A stretch of DNA of 63,976 bases, the filler included, from Octopus bimaculoides (lineage: Eukaryota): NCBI RefSeq assembly GCF_001194135.2. It is 6 parts of 6 records of this genome, joined end to end, with 100 filler letters (N's around TTAATTAATTAA, not from the genome) between each part and the next. Parts side by side here need not be neighbours in the genome. Positions count along the whole stretch, not along the records: positions 1 to 21,572 come from NC_068984.1; positions 21,673 to 26,422 come from NW_026307884.1; 4 more parts are not named here. One strand, given 5' to 3'. Shown in pieces: positions 11,808 through 23,165 of this stretch. Both the position numbers and the translations under genes were made by a program. Under the pieces are notes generated by a model. The model saw nothing but the letters and a program-made list of their open reading frames with translations, did not search any database and was not told the origin of the DNA. Positions within the stretch are counted from its first letter, which is position 1, and the number at the start of each line of letters is the position of its first letter.

Positions 11808-12190
11808 TGCTGACTTTGTTGGGTGGAGGTGCTTTTCTCTCCTGTTTGAAAACTTAAGGACACAGAACGCTTGCGTCAGCTATCCAACTAGAAACGGTGT
11901 TTCTTGGGGCTAAATAGCAGTAGCATTCTTCCCTTTCCTGGGACTGCCACATTAAGTTGGCAACAAACCATTACTTTATTGATTGTTTTCCTATATATTG
12001 GTGGCGACAAATTTCCTCTAAGCACGTGTCTGTGAGTACACACCGTTGCTTGCAAATTGTTTCGGAAATGTCTCGTCACAGAAAAGAATTTAAGTCAGAT
12101 ACATTTAGCTGAGTTGATACATTCCTAAATGAATGAAATAACATCTTGAGTTCTATTTTCAGATGACAATTCTAAGCACTTATGAAATAT

Positions 12191-12405
12191 TCTTTTCTAC
12201 TCTAGACACAAGGCCCGAAATTTTTGGGGAGGGCGCAGTCGATTAGATCTACCCCAGTACGCAACTGGTACTTAATTTATCGACCCCGAAAGGATGAAAG
12301 TCAAAGTCGACCTCGGCGGAATTTGAACACAGAACGTAAAGACAGACGAAATACTGCTAAACATTTCGCCCGGCGTGCTAACGATTCTGCCAGCTCGCCG
12401 CCTTG
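12191..12405 (-). mobile_element. tRNA-derived SINE, family B (full length)
   Basis: From CTTTTCTACTCTAG to GCCAGCTCGCCGCCTT; homologous to copies near 9470, 14580, 15600, 21968, 22186-23058 and 62355. Confidence 0.85.
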
Positions 12406-13213
12406 CGTGCGTTTATAAAATGTTAATGTACCTTGAAGTATAAATAAGGTCAAAGAGAAGACGAAATAACATCGTCATCAGCCACATAGAATTAAATTAT
12501 GTAATATTATGTTAATTAACTTGATTACCTGCAAATAGTAATTGGTTTTAAAGGCGGCGAGCTAAGAAGTTTTAGGATTGGTTAATGTTAGAATAGTGAT
12601 GATCACTGATTAAATCATCGATACTGTAATACAGTTTGGAATCATCGGGTCAAATGCTTATGGGTCCCCATATGGAACTTCGAGTCGACCCAAGCTTTGC
12701 GCGTGAGGATGGATATAGCAGAAAAGATCCCTCAGTCGTGTTGTTCGACATGGGGATAATGGTGGTGGTGGTGGTGGTGGTGGTAGTAGTGAGGTGTTAG
12801 TAATGTCTTGTTTGTTTNNNNNNNNNNNNNNNNNNNNNNNNNNNNNNNNNNNNNNNNNNNNNNNNNNNNNNNNNNNNNNNNNNNNNNNNNNNNNNNNNNN
12901 NNNNNNNNNNNNNNNNNNNNNNNNNNNNNNNNNNNNNNNNNNNNNNNNNNNNNNNNNNNNNNNNNNNNNNNNNNNNNNNNNNNNNNNNNNNNNNNNNNNN
13001 NNNNNNNNNNNNNNNNNNNNNNNNNNNNNNNNNNNNNNNNNNNNNNNNNNNNNNNNNNNNNNNNNNNNNNNNNNNNNNNNNNNNNNNNNNNNNNNNNNNN
13101 NNNNNNNNNNNNNNNNNNNNNNNNNNNNNNNNNNNNNNNNNNNNNNNNNNNNNNNNNNNNNNNNNNNNNNNNNNNNNNNNNNNNNNNNNNNNNNNNNNNN
13201 NNNNNNNNNNNNN

Positions 13214-13366
13214 GCCAGTCACTATTGGTACCACGTCCACTCTCTTCATTGCTCACAATCTGTGCATTTCCCCACTTCAATTCGCCATAGTTGTTCCCTT
13301 ATTCTTTTTCCTTCTCTTCAATCCTGTTGACACCAGGACACGCTGACTCAATCACCAGACATGTTT

Positions 13367-13413
<47 letters not shown>

Positions 13414-13592
13414 CACCAAAACAATGTCAGGTTTCCGATGCTTACTCTGATAATCACACTGAATCTTTGCATCCCACAGGAGTTTGCCATCTTCATTCTC
13501 AGTAATTCCTTCTGGGATTTGGCTATAAGCATGTCTTTGATCTTTTCAAGGTCATAATTTCCACACATCTCCCAACGGATCATTCTTGCCAC
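13214..13592 (-). mobile_element. R4/Dong-like non-LTR retrotransposon, C-terminal RLE fragment
   Basis: Minus-strand translation: VARMIRWEMC, ENEDGKLLWDAKIQCD..KHRKPDIVLVK, VIESACPG..RIEEKEKE..YGELKWE, VDVVPIVTG; a (TTTC)n tract interrupts it. Confidence 0.8.
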
Positions 13593-13679
13593 ATCATCAT
13601 GTTGCCTTTTGTATTCACGTTATCATCATCATCATCATCAGCATTATCATTATCGTCATTATTATTATCATTATTATTA

Positions 13680-13717
<38 letters not shown>

Positions 13718-13765
13718 GTTGTTGTTGTTGTTGTTGTTGTTGCTATTGTTGTTATTATTATCGTC
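13588..13765. repeat. Compound trinucleotide microsatellite (CAT)n(TAT)n(TGT)n
   Basis: Direct reading. Confidence 0.95.
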
Positions 13766-14261
13766 TTTGTGTAGCATCAGGTCATCGCCGATCAAAGTAT
13801 CTCTAATCAAGATCCGCCTTCCAGTCGTGACCATCCCATCAATTAATTATTTTTCTTTCCAGACACTGCATCTTCATATCAACCTTAAACTTTATAAATT
13901 TGATCTGTCTTTATCTGTCATCTTTTATGACTGACTTAAGACAGTCTCCTCATTATAACAGAGCGTTAATTGTGAACGCAATCTATTTCACTGAGATCAA
14001 TGTTGCATCAATATTGTAGCCATGGTAATGTCATGAGAAACGAGGTAGAGATGAATTGTTCCTAAGGCAACCGTAGAACCATCGATATATTTGTTGTCGT
14101 TGCCGTTGTTGTGGTTTAATCCTGAATCAGCTCGAAATGTAATGACATACAGTCAAAGGCGTTCCAGCCGTGACTACATGGTCCTTTCTCACTGGAATCT
14201 TATTGGGTTGCCAGATGAATCGCTCGTTTTTTCCCTCTTCTTCATCAACAATTTTAACAAA

Positions 14262-14545
14262 TCAGTAAATAATATATTTTCTTTCGTTGTCCACGACCTC
14301 TAATTGACGTTCCACTTTCTTGTGAATTCGTTGATGGTAGAAATCTCTGGGTCTTGAGTTGAAGAATTCATTGAACCACGTTTTCAGTTTCACGATATTG
14401 TTGAACGAAACAATGTGTGGACTGTTGGAGAGTGACCGTACAAAGTGATAATGTGAAGGCGCTATATTATGGACAAATGGTGTGCGCAGTAGACCTTCCG
14501 AATAGAGGTCCTGAATAGCATTTTGGGTCAAATTAGCGACATAGA
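14262..14545 (-). mobile_element. Mariner transposase C-terminal remnant
   Basis: ORF 14262..14531(-): NIAPSHYHFVRSLSN...FFNSRPRDFYHQRIHKKVERQLEVVDNERKYI, a decayed YSPDLAPSDYHLFRSL...FY..GI..L..RW..V....G.Y motif. Confidence 0.85.
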
Positions 14546-15599
14546 GGCGAGCGCTGCTGTGTTGAAGAAAATGGCATCGACTCCAGGACTCGACTGCTAC
14601 TTTATTTCATCGACCCCGAAAGAATGCGAAGCAAATATAACCTCAGCCGGAAAAGAACTCAGAACGTAAGGGGCCGGAAGAAATGTCGACATTAATCTCA
14701 CATCTGAAAAGAGGCAAAACTTATTCAATTTTCAAAAACGACAAACAAAAAATGTAAAGGAAGAAGAAAATTACAAAAAAACTCATAAAACACTACGATA
14801 AAAATATTTTTCGTATTAATTCAAATAACATTGAAAAGAAGCAAACAAATTTTCTGACACCCTAATATATCTCGGACTGCATTATTCCAGCAATAGCTTA
14901 GGCCGGCAAACTGGCAGGAACGTTAGCACGCCGGGCGAAATGTTTAGCGGTGAAAGGATTATTTCAGCAATAACCGATCTTNNNNNNNNNNNNNNNNNNN
15001 NNNNNNNNNNNNNNNNNNNNNNNNNNNNNNNNNNNNNNNNNNNNNNNNNNNNNNNNNNNNNNNNNNNNNNNNNNNNNNNNNNNNNNNNNNNNNNNNNNNN
15101 NNNNNNNNNNNNNNNNNNNNNNNNNNNNNNNNNNNNNNNNNNNNNNNNNNNNNNNNNNNNNNNNNNNNNNNNNNNNNNNNNNNNNNNNNNNNNNNNNNNN
15201 NNNNNNNNNNNNNNNNNNNNNNNNNNNNNNNNNNNNNNNNNNNNNNNNNNNNNNNNNNNNNNNNNNNNNNNNNNNNNNNNNNNNNNNNNNNNNNNNNNNN
15301 NNNNNNNNNNNNNNNNNNNNNNNNNNNNNNNNNNNNNNNNNNNNNNNNNNNNNNNNNNNNNNNNNNNNNNNNNNNNNNNNNNNNNNNNNNNNNNNNNNNN
15401 NNNNNNNNNNNNNNNNNNNNNNNNNNNNNNNNNNNNNNNNNNNNNNNNNNNNNNNNNNNNNNNNNNNNNNNNNNNNNNNNNNNNNNNNNNNNNNNNNNNN
15501 NNNNNNNNNNNNNNNNNNNNNNNNNNNNNNNNNNNNNNNNNNNNNNNNNNNNNNNNNNNNNNNNNNNNNNNNNNCCAGCAAGTTCGGGAGACGGGGTAA

Positions 15600-15766
15600 G
15601 ACGATTACATCGACCCCAATGCATGACTGGTACTTATTTTATCAATGCCAAAAGAATGAAAGGCAATATTGTCCTCGGCGGAATTTGAACTCAGATCGTA
15701 AAGACGGACGAAATGCCGCTACGCATTTTACCGGGTTGCTAACGATTCTGTCAGCTCGCCGCCTTA
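15600..15766 (-). mobile_element. SINE family B
   Basis: Homology to 12191-12405. Confidence 0.75.
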
Positions 15767-16383
15767 ATTACCCCTGAAATATAAACCCATTTAGTCCCAC
15801 TGTCCTATAAATAGGACACTAAATGAGAACATTAGATAAGCTATATCACATTGTCTCTGTGTTCTATTTATAGGACACCGAGTATTTCCATTTCTACTTG
15901 AAGTAAAGGAGTTTTAATAATTATTTTTTTTTTCATTTTAACCTATTTTCAATCATCTGTAAAAATTTAAAAGTAATATTCAGAAATTTAAGTATTTGGG
16001 ACTTAATTGGTTAATACGAAACAAAGTTAATTTAAAAAATCCACCCTCAGCTTCTCAAGCTGACAGAGTGTAGTTTAAGAGAGGTTTGGTTGCTATTTCT
16101 AGGAGATCAGATGCTCACATAGCGACTGACCCTCATCAGGTTTGTCACTATATTAGTAAAAACTGTGTGAGTGAATCTATCGATGTATTAATTGAATTGA
16201 TACAAGTCATTAGTTATAAATATATTTTTATTGATTCGAGTCATTAAAAGAATTGTAAGGTTGCGTTAAATGACAGGGAAACGTGTAGAGAGAGAGGCTT
16301 TGTCGGAAACCGGATCTTCACCGCCATTGATAATAAACAAAATAATAGAAGTCCCATGGAAATAAGGAAGTGTCTTTTGTTAT

Positions 16384-16623
16384 CCTTTACTTCTTTCAGT
16401 CATTGGACTGCGGCCATGCTGGGGCACCGCCTTGAAGGATTTCTGTCGAACGAATCGACACTACTATTATTATTATTATTATTGTTTTTTTTTTTGAAAG
16501 CTTGGTCTATTATGGTCAATTATGCTGAATCGCTAAGTTATGGGGATATAAAGAAACCAACACCGGCTGTCAAGCGGTGGTGTAGGGCAAATATAACCAC
16601 ACACACACATAAATATATATATA
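16384..16623 (-). mobile_element. SINE family A, 3' half (cut by gap)
   Basis: TTTCAGTCATTGGACTGCGGCCATGCTGG is the reverse complement of the family A tail. Confidence 0.75.
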
Positions 16624-17254
16624 NNNNNNNNNNNNNNNNNNNNNNNNNNNNNNNNNNNNNNNNNNNNNNNNNNNNNNNNNNNNNNNNNNNNNNNNNNNNN
16701 NNNNNNNNNNNNNNNNNNNNNNNNNNNNNNNNNNNNNNNNNNNNNNNNNNNNNNNNNNNNNNNNNNNNNNNNNNNNNNNNNNNNNNNNNNNNNNNNNNNN
16801 NNNNNNNNNNNNNNNNNNNNNNNNNNNNNNNNNNNNNNNNNNNNNNNNNNNNNNNNNNNNNNNNNNNNNNNNNNNNNNNNNNNNNNNNNNNNNNNNNNNN
16901 NNNNNNNNNNNNNNNNNNNNNNNNNNNNNNNNNNNNNNNNNNNNNNNNNNNNNNNNNNNNNNNNNNNNNNNNNNNNNNNNNNNNNNNNNNNNNNNNNNNN
17001 NNNNNNNNNNNNNNNNNNNNNNNNNNNNNNNNNNNNNNNNNNNNNNNNNNNNNNNNNNNNNNNNNNNNNNNNNNNNNNNNNNNNNNNNNNNNNNNNNNNN
17101 NNNNNNNNNNNNNNNNNNNNNNNNNNNNNNNNNNNNNNNNNNNNNNNNNNNNNNNNNNNNNNNNNNNNNNNNNNNNNNNNNNNNNNNNNNNNNNNNNNNN
17201 NNNNNNNNNNNNNNNNNNNNNNNNNNNNNNNNNNNNNNNNNNNNNNNNNNNNNN

Positions 17255-17455
17255 CATCAGACTCGGTCATGACACCCCGGTCTCGCGCCATTTCCGCTCT
17301 ACCGGTCATTCGCTACAACATCTGTCTGTGTTCGGACTGTCTTTGCACAGAGACCATCCAGATTCCCGCCTTCACCGTGAACAAGAGTTCACCTTCTCTC
17401 TTCTCTTCTTTGCACCATATGGGCTCAACCCACCTCCTCTCTTCATCTTACACCA
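17255..17455 (+). mobile_element. Penelope-like element, GIY-YIG endonuclease C-terminus
   Basis: IRLGHDTPVSRHFRSTGHSLQHLSVFGL...RLHREQEFTFSLLFFAPYGLN matches the PV..HF...GHS...L.V...R...E...P.GLN pattern of Penelope-like GIY-YIG domains. Confidence 0.85.
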
Positions 17456-18082
17456 ACCTCTGACACCTCCTATCCTCATTTGATACCAACCTCACACCAC
17501 TCCACACACGCTAGCACTGACAACTTCTCAGTACCCACACCACATACCATCATCCACACACCCACACACAATCTTCAATAGCGTCCCCACATATACCACT
17601 ATGTGAGCAACCACACACATTGTTTAACTCAGTACGCGCACCACACACCATCATGCACACTCCCACATCCACACAAGCACATAATGCCTGAAAATAGGCC
17701 TATATATACATACACACACAACATACATGGACAAGGATAACTTTAGCTCACATACGTAAACCATACACAGGCACACTGTTTGGTAACAGACACACACACA
17801 CACGTGAAAAAGCACACATCAACTGCTACACACAATGCAAACACACATATGTTACACACGCACACACTCACACATGTCAGTCACTCGCCCTCATTCACAA
17901 TACACACTTACACACTCATACATCATTCTTACAAACACACACACGAACACACCCCTTCTCTTGTTGGGATCTCTAACACTATTATTATTTCTCTTTCATT
18001 CAACCTCTTTTTATTCCAATCAGTCGCCATGTTGGACCGGTCACAAGGTTTTCTCATTCTCTCTGTTTATTTTCTCTTATTC

Positions 18083-18118
18083 CTTTCTGTTGAAGAGCAG
18101 AGGCTCGAAACGTAAAAG
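18083..18118 (+). ncRNA. Hammerhead-like motif with A6U core variant, downstream of the Penelope GIY-YIG fragment
   Basis: Stem I CTTT/AAAG; CTGTTGA; extra A; stem II GAGC/GCTC with 4-nt loop; GAAA; ACGT palindrome; GUA triplet. Confidence 0.6.
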
Positions 18119-18747
18119 ATATTTTCATTTTTCCCGAGCGTCAAACTAATACACTTACTTGTTCATACACCTGTCTTCGTCTAGTATTTTTCTACAAATT
18201 TCACCTATGTATAAACATTTAGAGTTTGTCTTTGTCTCCCAAAACGTATAAAATGTGTGTTGATTCTCTCAATTGGATGTCGATTGGAAGAGTAGATTGA
18301 GAAAGTCTGATTTGAAATATATGGGGTATTAAATGTGTCAACACCTCCAAAGAAGAGAGAAAGAAGATAGAAAAGAAATTCACATACAGGTCGTAAGAAG
18401 ATAAGGTTTCGAGGCTGTTGGCGCCAATTACTATACAGAACAGAATGGCTTAATACGATGTCGGCTACCTATGCGCCATGGAAGTTGAGAAACTGGCGCT
18501 ACGTGTCCTTTGAGTCGAGACAGTAATATCCAGCCATGTATATAGTAATTCCCAATTATCTTTATTATTAGTTATATATTTTGAGTTCATATTCCACTGA
18601 GGTAGACTTTACTTTTCATCTTTTTGGGGTCGATTAAATCTGATAAGTACCGGGGTCGATGTAACCGACTAGCCCCCTCCCTTCAAAATTTCAGGCCTTG
18701 TACCTAAAGTAGGAAGGATTATTACTTATTTATTATGTCTAATTTAA

Positions 18748-19135
18748 AGGCGTGACTGTATGATAAGATGCTTGCTTCCCAATTACATGGTTTCGGGTTC
18801 AGTTTTACTGCGTGGCACCATGGCAGAGTGTCGTCTACTTATAATCTCGGGCTGACCAAAGCCTTGTGAGTGAATTTGGATGACGGAAACTGAAAGAAGC
18901 CTGTCGTGTATATACGTATATGTGCGTTTTTGTGTCTGTGTTCGCCTCCTCCCACTACTGTTGGTGTGTATATGTCCCCTTAATCTAGCAGTTCAACAAA
19001 GAACACCGATAGAATAAACACAGATTTAAAAAGAATAAGTCCTGCGGTCGGTTTGTTCAACTAACCTCCTTTAAGGTAGTGCTCCAGCTTAGCCACAGTC
19101 TTGTGATTAAAGCAAGTAATAAAGTAAAAAAGTAA
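18748..19135 (+). mobile_element. SINE family A (full length, diverged)
   Basis: Homology to 5014-5417. Confidence 0.75.
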
Positions 19136-19256
19136 GAAAGACAATGCAACAGCGCTGCAGCATAAAACCTACAATGAAATAGATAGAGCCATACAGACAA
19201 TTCACTCATGCATAAGTCTGTTTTTTGATACTTCAATATGTAAACACAAACACGGG

Positions 19257-19342
<86 letters not shown>

Positions 19343-19763
19343 CTAGATTGAATAATACATGAAAACAATGGCTAAATGTATATCTAACAGAAATAAGGAT
19401 TAATACGTCAATATATGAATCTATGAATATCTTTTATTCTTTTGCTTGTTTCGATTTCAGCTCTGTTTATTTTTTCTAATCTTGGTGCTTATTCTATCGG
19501 TGTCTTTTGCCGAACTGCGAAGCTATGGAGATATAGACAAACCAATATCAGTTTCTAGACAGTGGTGGGAGATACAACGTAAGCACAGAGAATATTTAGA
19601 ATAAACGGGCCATCGTCCGACGATGGCTTAACTGACTCAAACTTCGAAGGTACTGTCAACGATAAACTCGCTTGAGAATAATAAATTGCTTTTTGGTACA
19701 CTCCGTCTTCTCTAGTAATCGTTAATATATACTCTGGAATTATTGGAAGTTGGTCCAACGAGG

Positions 19764-19846
19764 AATGCAAGATATCGCTGATGATGCCTGGTAACCATAA
19801 GGGGTGAACGTGCTCCGCGGACACACGACTTACCCTGAAACAAGGT
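19764..19846. repeat. ~80-bp segment repeated in inverted orientation at 21162-21235
   Basis: AATGCAAGATATCGCTGATGATGCCTGGTAACCATAAGGGGTGAACGTGCTC..GCGGAC..TTACCCTG matches the reverse complement of the 21.2-kb copy. Confidence 0.85.
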
Positions 19847-19849
19847 TTG

Positions 19850-19850
19850 G

Positions 19851-19892
<42 letters not shown>

Positions 19893-20105
19893 GTGTTTAT
19901 GTTTGCCCCCTCCACCACTACCACTTAACAACCGCTGTTGATGTGCCTACGTCCCCGTGAACTAGCGGTTCGGTCAAAGAGAATGATAGAATAAGTACTA
20001 GGCTTAAAAAAATAAGTCTTGGGGTCGATTTTTTTTACTAAAACCCTTCAAGGCAGTGCTCCAGCATGGCCGCAGTCAAATGACTGCAACAAATAAAACA
20101 ATAAA
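19850..20105 (+). mobile_element. SINE family A, 3' half
   Basis: Starts at the internal TG tract, ends GCAGTCAAATGACTGCAACAAATAAAA. Confidence 0.75.
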
Positions 20106-21059
20106 AGAATATATATATATATATANNNNNNNNNNNNNNNNNNNNNNNNNNNNNNNNNNNNNNNNNNNNNNNNNNNNNNNNNNNNNNNNNNNNNNNNNNN
20201 NNNNNNNNNNNNNNNNNNNNNNNNNNNNNNNNNNNNNNNNNNNNNNNNNNNNNNNNNNNNNNNNNNNNNNNNNNNNNNNNNNNNNNNNNNNNNNNNNNNN
20301 NNNNNNNNNNNNNNNNNNNNNNNNNNNNNNNNNNNNNNNNNNNNNNNNNNNNNNNNNNNNNNNNNNNNNNNNNNNNNNNNNNNNNNNNNNNNNNNNNNNN
20401 NNNNNNNNNNNNNNNNNNNNNNNNNNNNNNNNNNNNNNNNNNNNNNNNNNNNNNNNNNNNNNNNNNNNNNNNNNNNNNNNNNNNNNNNNNNNNNNNNNNN
20501 NNNNNNNNNNNNNNNNNNNNNNNNNNNNNNNNNNNNNNNNNNNNNNNNNNNNNNNNNNNNNNNNNNNNNNNNNNNNNNNNNNNNNNNNNNNNNNNNNNNN
20601 TGTGTTTTTTTTCTTTTTGTTTTAAATAACAACACAGTTTGATTAACAGGAAATTGCCGAACAAATTTATCCGATCTCTTCCTCGATAACATTTTAAGCA
20701 ATAAATAAATCGTCATATGACTGTAAGGTGAATAGCAAAAATCAAATCAAAACTGCCGGGTCTCTAAAATAAATAGGTAAATCATCTGATTTAAACACTG
20801 TTTTATCTCTTTTTCTGTACTTTACTCTCTCCGACAGTCCTCTCTCTCTTTCTCTCTCGTTCAATATATATATATATATATACAATATATCGCCGACATA
20901 AATATAAATTTTAAGAAAGTCAGTAAATCAATTTTTCTCCCATCAGCCCTCATAAAATCTTTCATAATTTACATAACTTTATCCGCTCTTTTATAAAGCA
21001 TCAAATTATCTCATACCTGGTAAGGGAATAATAAATCCACATCTAGCGTAAACCCTATC

Positions 21060-21257
21060 TTCCCCTGATGAGGCATTCTACAGAAATGAATCTTGAGATT
21101 CATATATAATCTGCACGAATGGACACATGAAACGATCGTTGTAACACCTTATTTTCCTCTAACATGTTCCAGGGTAAGTCCGCAGAGCACGTTCACCCCT
21201 TATGGCTACCAGGCATCATCAGCGATACCTTGCATTGTTAGAGGAAAATAAGGTGTT
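21060..21257 (+). other. Structured segment: degenerate hammerhead core followed by a 22-bp perfect stem
   Basis: CTGATGA 21065-21071; nested hairpin ATGAATC/GATTCAT; GAAA-CGATCG-TT; then AACACCTTATTTTCCTCTAACA (21143-21164) pairs perfectly with 21236-21257. Confidence 0.6.
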
Positions 21258-21616
21258 TCTCTAACTCTTTTTAATACTCATTACTGTCTCTATATTATAT
21301 TTAAATTTTTAAAAACGTCTTTTTTCTATATTTCATTATTTTTATCTATATTCCGTTATTATTATGTTTACATATCTATATGTCCATGTATATTTTTAGT
21401 ATTCATATATTTTGATATTTCTAATATATCAATATATGTTTCAGATTGGACATTTTTTATTTTATCCTAATTAAAGCCATATATGTATGTGCTAATCGTA
21501 GTCTGCCTGATTTGAACCTTTTCTATTGCGTCTATTATACTTTGATATATATATATATATATATATATATATNNNNNNNNNNNNNNNNNNNNNNNNNNNN
21601 NNNNNNNNNNNNNNNN

Positions 21617-21628
21617 TTAATTAATTAA
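21617..21628. other. Artificial scaffold-join linker
   Basis: TTAATTAATTAA (stops in all six frames) flanked by exactly 44 N each side. Confidence 0.95.
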
Positions 21629-21672
21629 NNNNNNNNNNNNNNNNNNNNNNNNNNNNNNNNNNNNNNNNNNNN

Positions 21673-21890
21673 TGATTTAGTGAGAAAGTTAGAAGAGGCG
21701 CTCAGGAAAGGCGTTGCAACGGACGTGCTGGCAGCGAGGTTGGCCCTCGATTGACACTTCAACACCAAGTACAAGGTTGCATTGTCAGATCTAAGGCATG
21801 GGCTCTGAGACAAAAAGGACAAAAAGTTACCCGATGGACCCGGGTGGCCGAGGCGAAAAATGGCACCAAAAACACCATTCGGTCTTTGGT
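21673..21890 (+). mobile_element. L1/Tx1-like LINE ORF2 remnant
   Basis: DLVRKLEEALRKGVATDVLAARLALD*HFNTK, then after a frameshift GCIVRSKAWAL...VAEAKNGTKNTIRSL; resembles the post-endonuclease G..VRSR/A region of Tx1-type ORF2. Confidence 0.55.
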
Positions 21891-21967
21891 GTAATCGACT
21901 AGTCCCCTCCCCCAAAAGTTCAGGCCTCTTACCTTCAGTGGAAAAGATTATCAATATTATTATTGTA

Positions 21968-22110
21968 AAGCGGTGAGCTGGCAGAATTGTTAGCACGCTG
22001 GACGAAATGATTAGCGGTAATTCACTTGTCGCTACGTTCTGAGTTCAAATTCCGTCGAGGCCGACTTTAGTTTTTATTCTTTCGGAATCGACAATTTAAG
22101 TCCCAGTGAT
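21968..22110 (+). mobile_element. SINE family B, 5' part
   Basis: AAGCGGTGAGCTGGCAGAATTGTTAGCACGC...GAGTTCAAATTCCGTCGAGG, opposite orientation to the adjacent array. Confidence 0.75.
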
Positions 22111-22185
22111 CTATGTCTGTACTGAAATTTCGGCAGAGTGTATTTCATTTCCCTCTATCTGTGTTCGATGCTATAAAAAAATTCT

Positions 22186-23058
22186 TTTCTACTCTAGGCA
22201 CAAGGGAACTTTCACTTAATTTATCGATCCCGACAGGATGAAAAGNNNNNNNNNNNNNNNNNNNNNNTGAACTCAGAACGTAAAGTCAGCTGAAATGCCA
22301 CTAAGCATTTCGCCCGGCGTGCTAACGTTTCTGCTACCTCACCGACTTTTGATGACATGAAATATCTGTGTCTAGTCTAGGCACAAGGTCCGAATTTATG
22401 AGGAGGGGGCAGTCGATAAGATCGACCCCAGTACGAAAAGATGAAAGGCAAAATCGACCTCGGCAAAATTTGAACTCAGAACGTAAAGACAGATGAAATG
22501 CCACTANNNNNNNNNNATTTGAACTCAGAACGTAAAGACAGATGAAATGCCACTAAGCATTTCGCCCGGCGTACTAACGTTTCTGCTAGCACGTCGCCTT
22601 AAAAGAATATGTTCTAGTCTAGGCAAAAGGCCTGAAATTTTGGGGGAGGGGGTCAGTCGATTAGATCGAGCCCAGTACGCAACTTGTATTTAATTTATCG
22701 ACCCCGAAAAGATAAAAGGAAAAGTCGACCCCGGTGGAATTTGAACTCAGAACAAGACAGACGATATACCGTTAAGCATTTCGTCTGGTGTGCTAACGTT
22801 TCTGCTGGAACACCACCTTCAAGAATATGTTCTAGCCTAGGNNNNNNNNNNNNNNNNNNNNNNNNNNNNNNNNNNNNNNNNNNNNNNNNNNNNNNNNNNN
22901 NNNNNNNNNNNNNNNNNNNNNNNNNNNNNNNNNNNNNNNNNNNNNNNNNNNNNNNNNNNNNNNNNNNNNNNNNNNNNNNNNNNNNNNNNNNNAAGACAGA
23001 CAAAATACCGCTAAGCATTTCGTCCGGTGTGCTAATGTTTCTGCTAGCTCGCCGCTTT
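22186..23058 (-). repeat. Head-to-tail tandem array of about four SINE family B units
   Basis: Units restart with (T)TCTAGTCTAGGC at about 22190, 22372, 22612 and 22830, each ending in GCC(G)CCTT-like sequence; junction AAGAATATG recurs. Confidence 0.8.
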
Positions 23059-23165
23059 GATGATACAAAATATTAACCAAGGACTGATATCGATATTCTT
23101 AATTATATTCAACCTCTGCAAAACTATATAAGATTGTATATATCAATTCATTGTTGTTGTTGTAG

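Noticed and set aside
13862-13934. TLHLHINL after an acceptor-like site, resembling GPCR TM2 (IHINL)
   Set aside because: The rest of the frame does not fit TM2 and stops; it is also on a different segment from the GPCR exons.
16090-16145. Minus-strand CTGATGA...GAAA
   Set aside because: No valid stem II closure or cleavage triplet; part of a dispersed repeat.
19686-19810. AFW...GSWSNEEC resembling a GPS motif
   Set aside because: Preceded by an in-frame stop, no splice sites, no C.C.HLT.F, and it runs into a repeat.
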